Below are positions 63,208-64,000 of a stretch of 64,000 nt of DNA, one piece after another; position 1 is the first letter of the stretch; the number at the start of each line of letters is the position of its first letter. The translations under genes were made by a program, and so were the position numbers. The stretch covers positions 1,065 to 65,064 of the forward strand of contig JAQWAS010000005.1 in assembly GCA_028707495.1 (NCBI GenBank). The letters run 5' to 3'. The DNA is from Patescibacteria group bacterium (GTDB lineage Bacteria; Patescibacteriota; Patescibacteriia; UBA2591; JAQWAS01). The notes under the pieces are model-generated. The model saw only the letters and a list, made by a program, of their open reading frames with translations. It did no database searches and was not told the DNA's origin.

Positions 63208-63347
63208 AAATTTTATTTTTTAAGACGTAAGATTTTTTTGATTCCGGAGGTTTTTAAATGTGTTCCGCTTTTCGCGAAAGGCGGTGTTTGGTCGAAACGA
63301 CAGCTATTAAAATTGTTATTAAAATAAAATATGTTATTTATTATCTT

Positions 63348-63704
63348 TTACACACTTGTTGTCTTTTTTTTCTTTTTTAAAAAATAACCTAAAATCAACA
63401 GACCACCGAGAATAGTAATCGGTAGGGCAATAGTAAATAAGCCAAGTAGATTTTCAACAGTATAAAAATCAAAAGCAAAAATCGTAGCTATACCAATGGA
63501 ACTAATTAGTATACCACCAATTAATTCATATTTCCAACCGATTAAAACTATAATCAACAAAATTAACCACGGTAGAGAATTCGGGCTATTCATAATCACA
63601 CCTTTGATGCCACCGCCAAAACTTTCAGCTCCGGAAAATAAACCAAACAAAAACATTAGAATGGCGATGATTAATAAAATAATTTTAACTATTTTGGAGA
63701 GCAT
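63348..63704 (-). CDS. Small membrane protein
   Basis: 118 aa, 3-4 hydrophobic helices, C-terminal KKKKKTTSV. Confidence 0.4.
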   Translation of the reverse strand: MLSKIVKIILLIIAILMFLFGLFSGAESFGGGIKGVIMNSPNSLPWLILLIIVLIGWKYELIGGILISSIGIATIFAFDFYTVENLLGLFTIALPITILGGLLILGYFLKKKKKTTSV

Positions 63705-63747
63705 GGATGGTGTTTATTGTGAGAATTAATATAGGGAGCGACATTTT

Positions 63748-63889
63748 GGATAACGTTTCGGCATATCTGATGTTTGCCAAAATTCCTTTAAAAATCAATT
63801 AGTTTTGGCAAATTTGGGTGAAAGAATTTTTTACTCCTTATTAATATTAAAAATGAAAAATTCTTGAACCAGATATGCCGTGTTGTGCG
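63748..63889 (-). repeat. attC-like structured palindrome (inverted orientation). Inner stems identical to element A
   Basis: Minus-strand reading: R'' gcacaac, spacer ac, L'' ggcatatctgg ...~100 nt... L' cagatatgcc, spacer gaaac, R' gttatcc. 142 bp. Lies between two minus-strand ORFs. Confidence 0.5.
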
Positions 63890-63922
63890 ATGTTCAAGCC
63901 TGAGCCGTTCGTTGCTTAACAT

Positions 63923-64000
63923 CTAATCGTGACCACCGTCTACCACTAAGATACTTCCAGTAATATAGCTAGCATCATCACTTGCAAAAAATAAAATTGC
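63923..64000 (-). CDS. Short-chain dehydrogenase/reductase (C-terminal fragment; remainder beyond window)
   Basis: Reverse-strand translation ...ASDDASYITGSILVVDGGHD* matches the conserved SDR C-terminus. Confidence 0.5.
   Translation of the reverse strand, partial: AILFFASDDASYITGSILVVDGGHD

Noticed and set aside
63240-63340. Palindrome ccgcttttcgcgaaaggcgg / gtcgaaacgac downstream of the 118-aa gene as a further attC-like site
   Set aside because: It lacks the RTATAAC/GTTRTRC outer cores and the two-stem architecture. It is probably an ordinary hairpin or terminator.

Overview
This is a 64 kb, AT-rich (~33% GC, estimated by eye) bacterial chromosomal fragment. Its gene content is consistent with a small-genome, CPR/Patescibacteria-like organism. 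That assignment is an inference; no taxonomic search was run.

**Layout, 5' to 3'**

1. **Defence module.** An EcoRI-methylase-family N6-adenine MTase (5' end outside the window), an overlapping DUF262(ParB-like)+HNH nuclease, and an RloC/PrrC-like ABC ATPase with a CxxC zinc hook.
2. **Cassette-like region, 4.9–9.1 kb.** Five co-oriented ORF units (HD hydrolase; MFS plus two small membrane proteins; HicB-like; LysE-like), each followed by a structured imperfect palindrome. The palindromes have conserved outer 7-bp inverse cores (RTATAAC / GTTRTRC, 6 of 7 matching integron RYYYAAC / GTTRRRY), variable inner stems, asymmetric internal loops and variable-length centres. I read them as integron attC-like recombination sites (a cassette array or CALIN). 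No integrase is in the window. One more copy lies inverted at 63.75–63.89 kb with identical inner stems.
3. **Housekeeping block on the minus strand.** Secreted repeat protein, Clp ATPase with an unusual zinc-ribbon/TM N-terminus, yidC-yidD-rnpA-rpmH, gyrA.
4. **Plus-strand block.** S1-domain protein, ftsH and dnaN, with a DnaA-box-bearing AT-rich region upstream of dnaN but no dnaA.
5. **Type I R-M locus.** hsdM-[unknown 501 aa]-hsdS-HTH-Doc/Fic-hsdR. The HsdR C-terminus carries three tandem CxxCGxxPCxCE repeats.
6. **sppA, cspA, ECF sigma/anti-sigma, PBP1A, tyrS, rpsP-KH-trmD.**
7. **Split rRNA locus.** 16S (own promoter and terminator) plus tRNA-Ile on the plus strand. It converges on 23S-5S on the minus strand, with rlmN-folD-PHP-NTase between.
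8. **tRNAs Leu(TAG), Arg(TCG), Lys(CTT).** The 3' end of tRNA-Arg is duplicated with a CCA-bearing, hairpin-interrupted copy. A compositionally foreign, GC-rich thyX sits just downstream.
9. **Right end.** A 1042-aa lamin-tail-domain/PKD/OB surface protein, HU, YmdB, DUF1653, a DHFR-like reductase and a truncated SDR gene.

All product calls rest on motif recognition by eye; no database searches were run.
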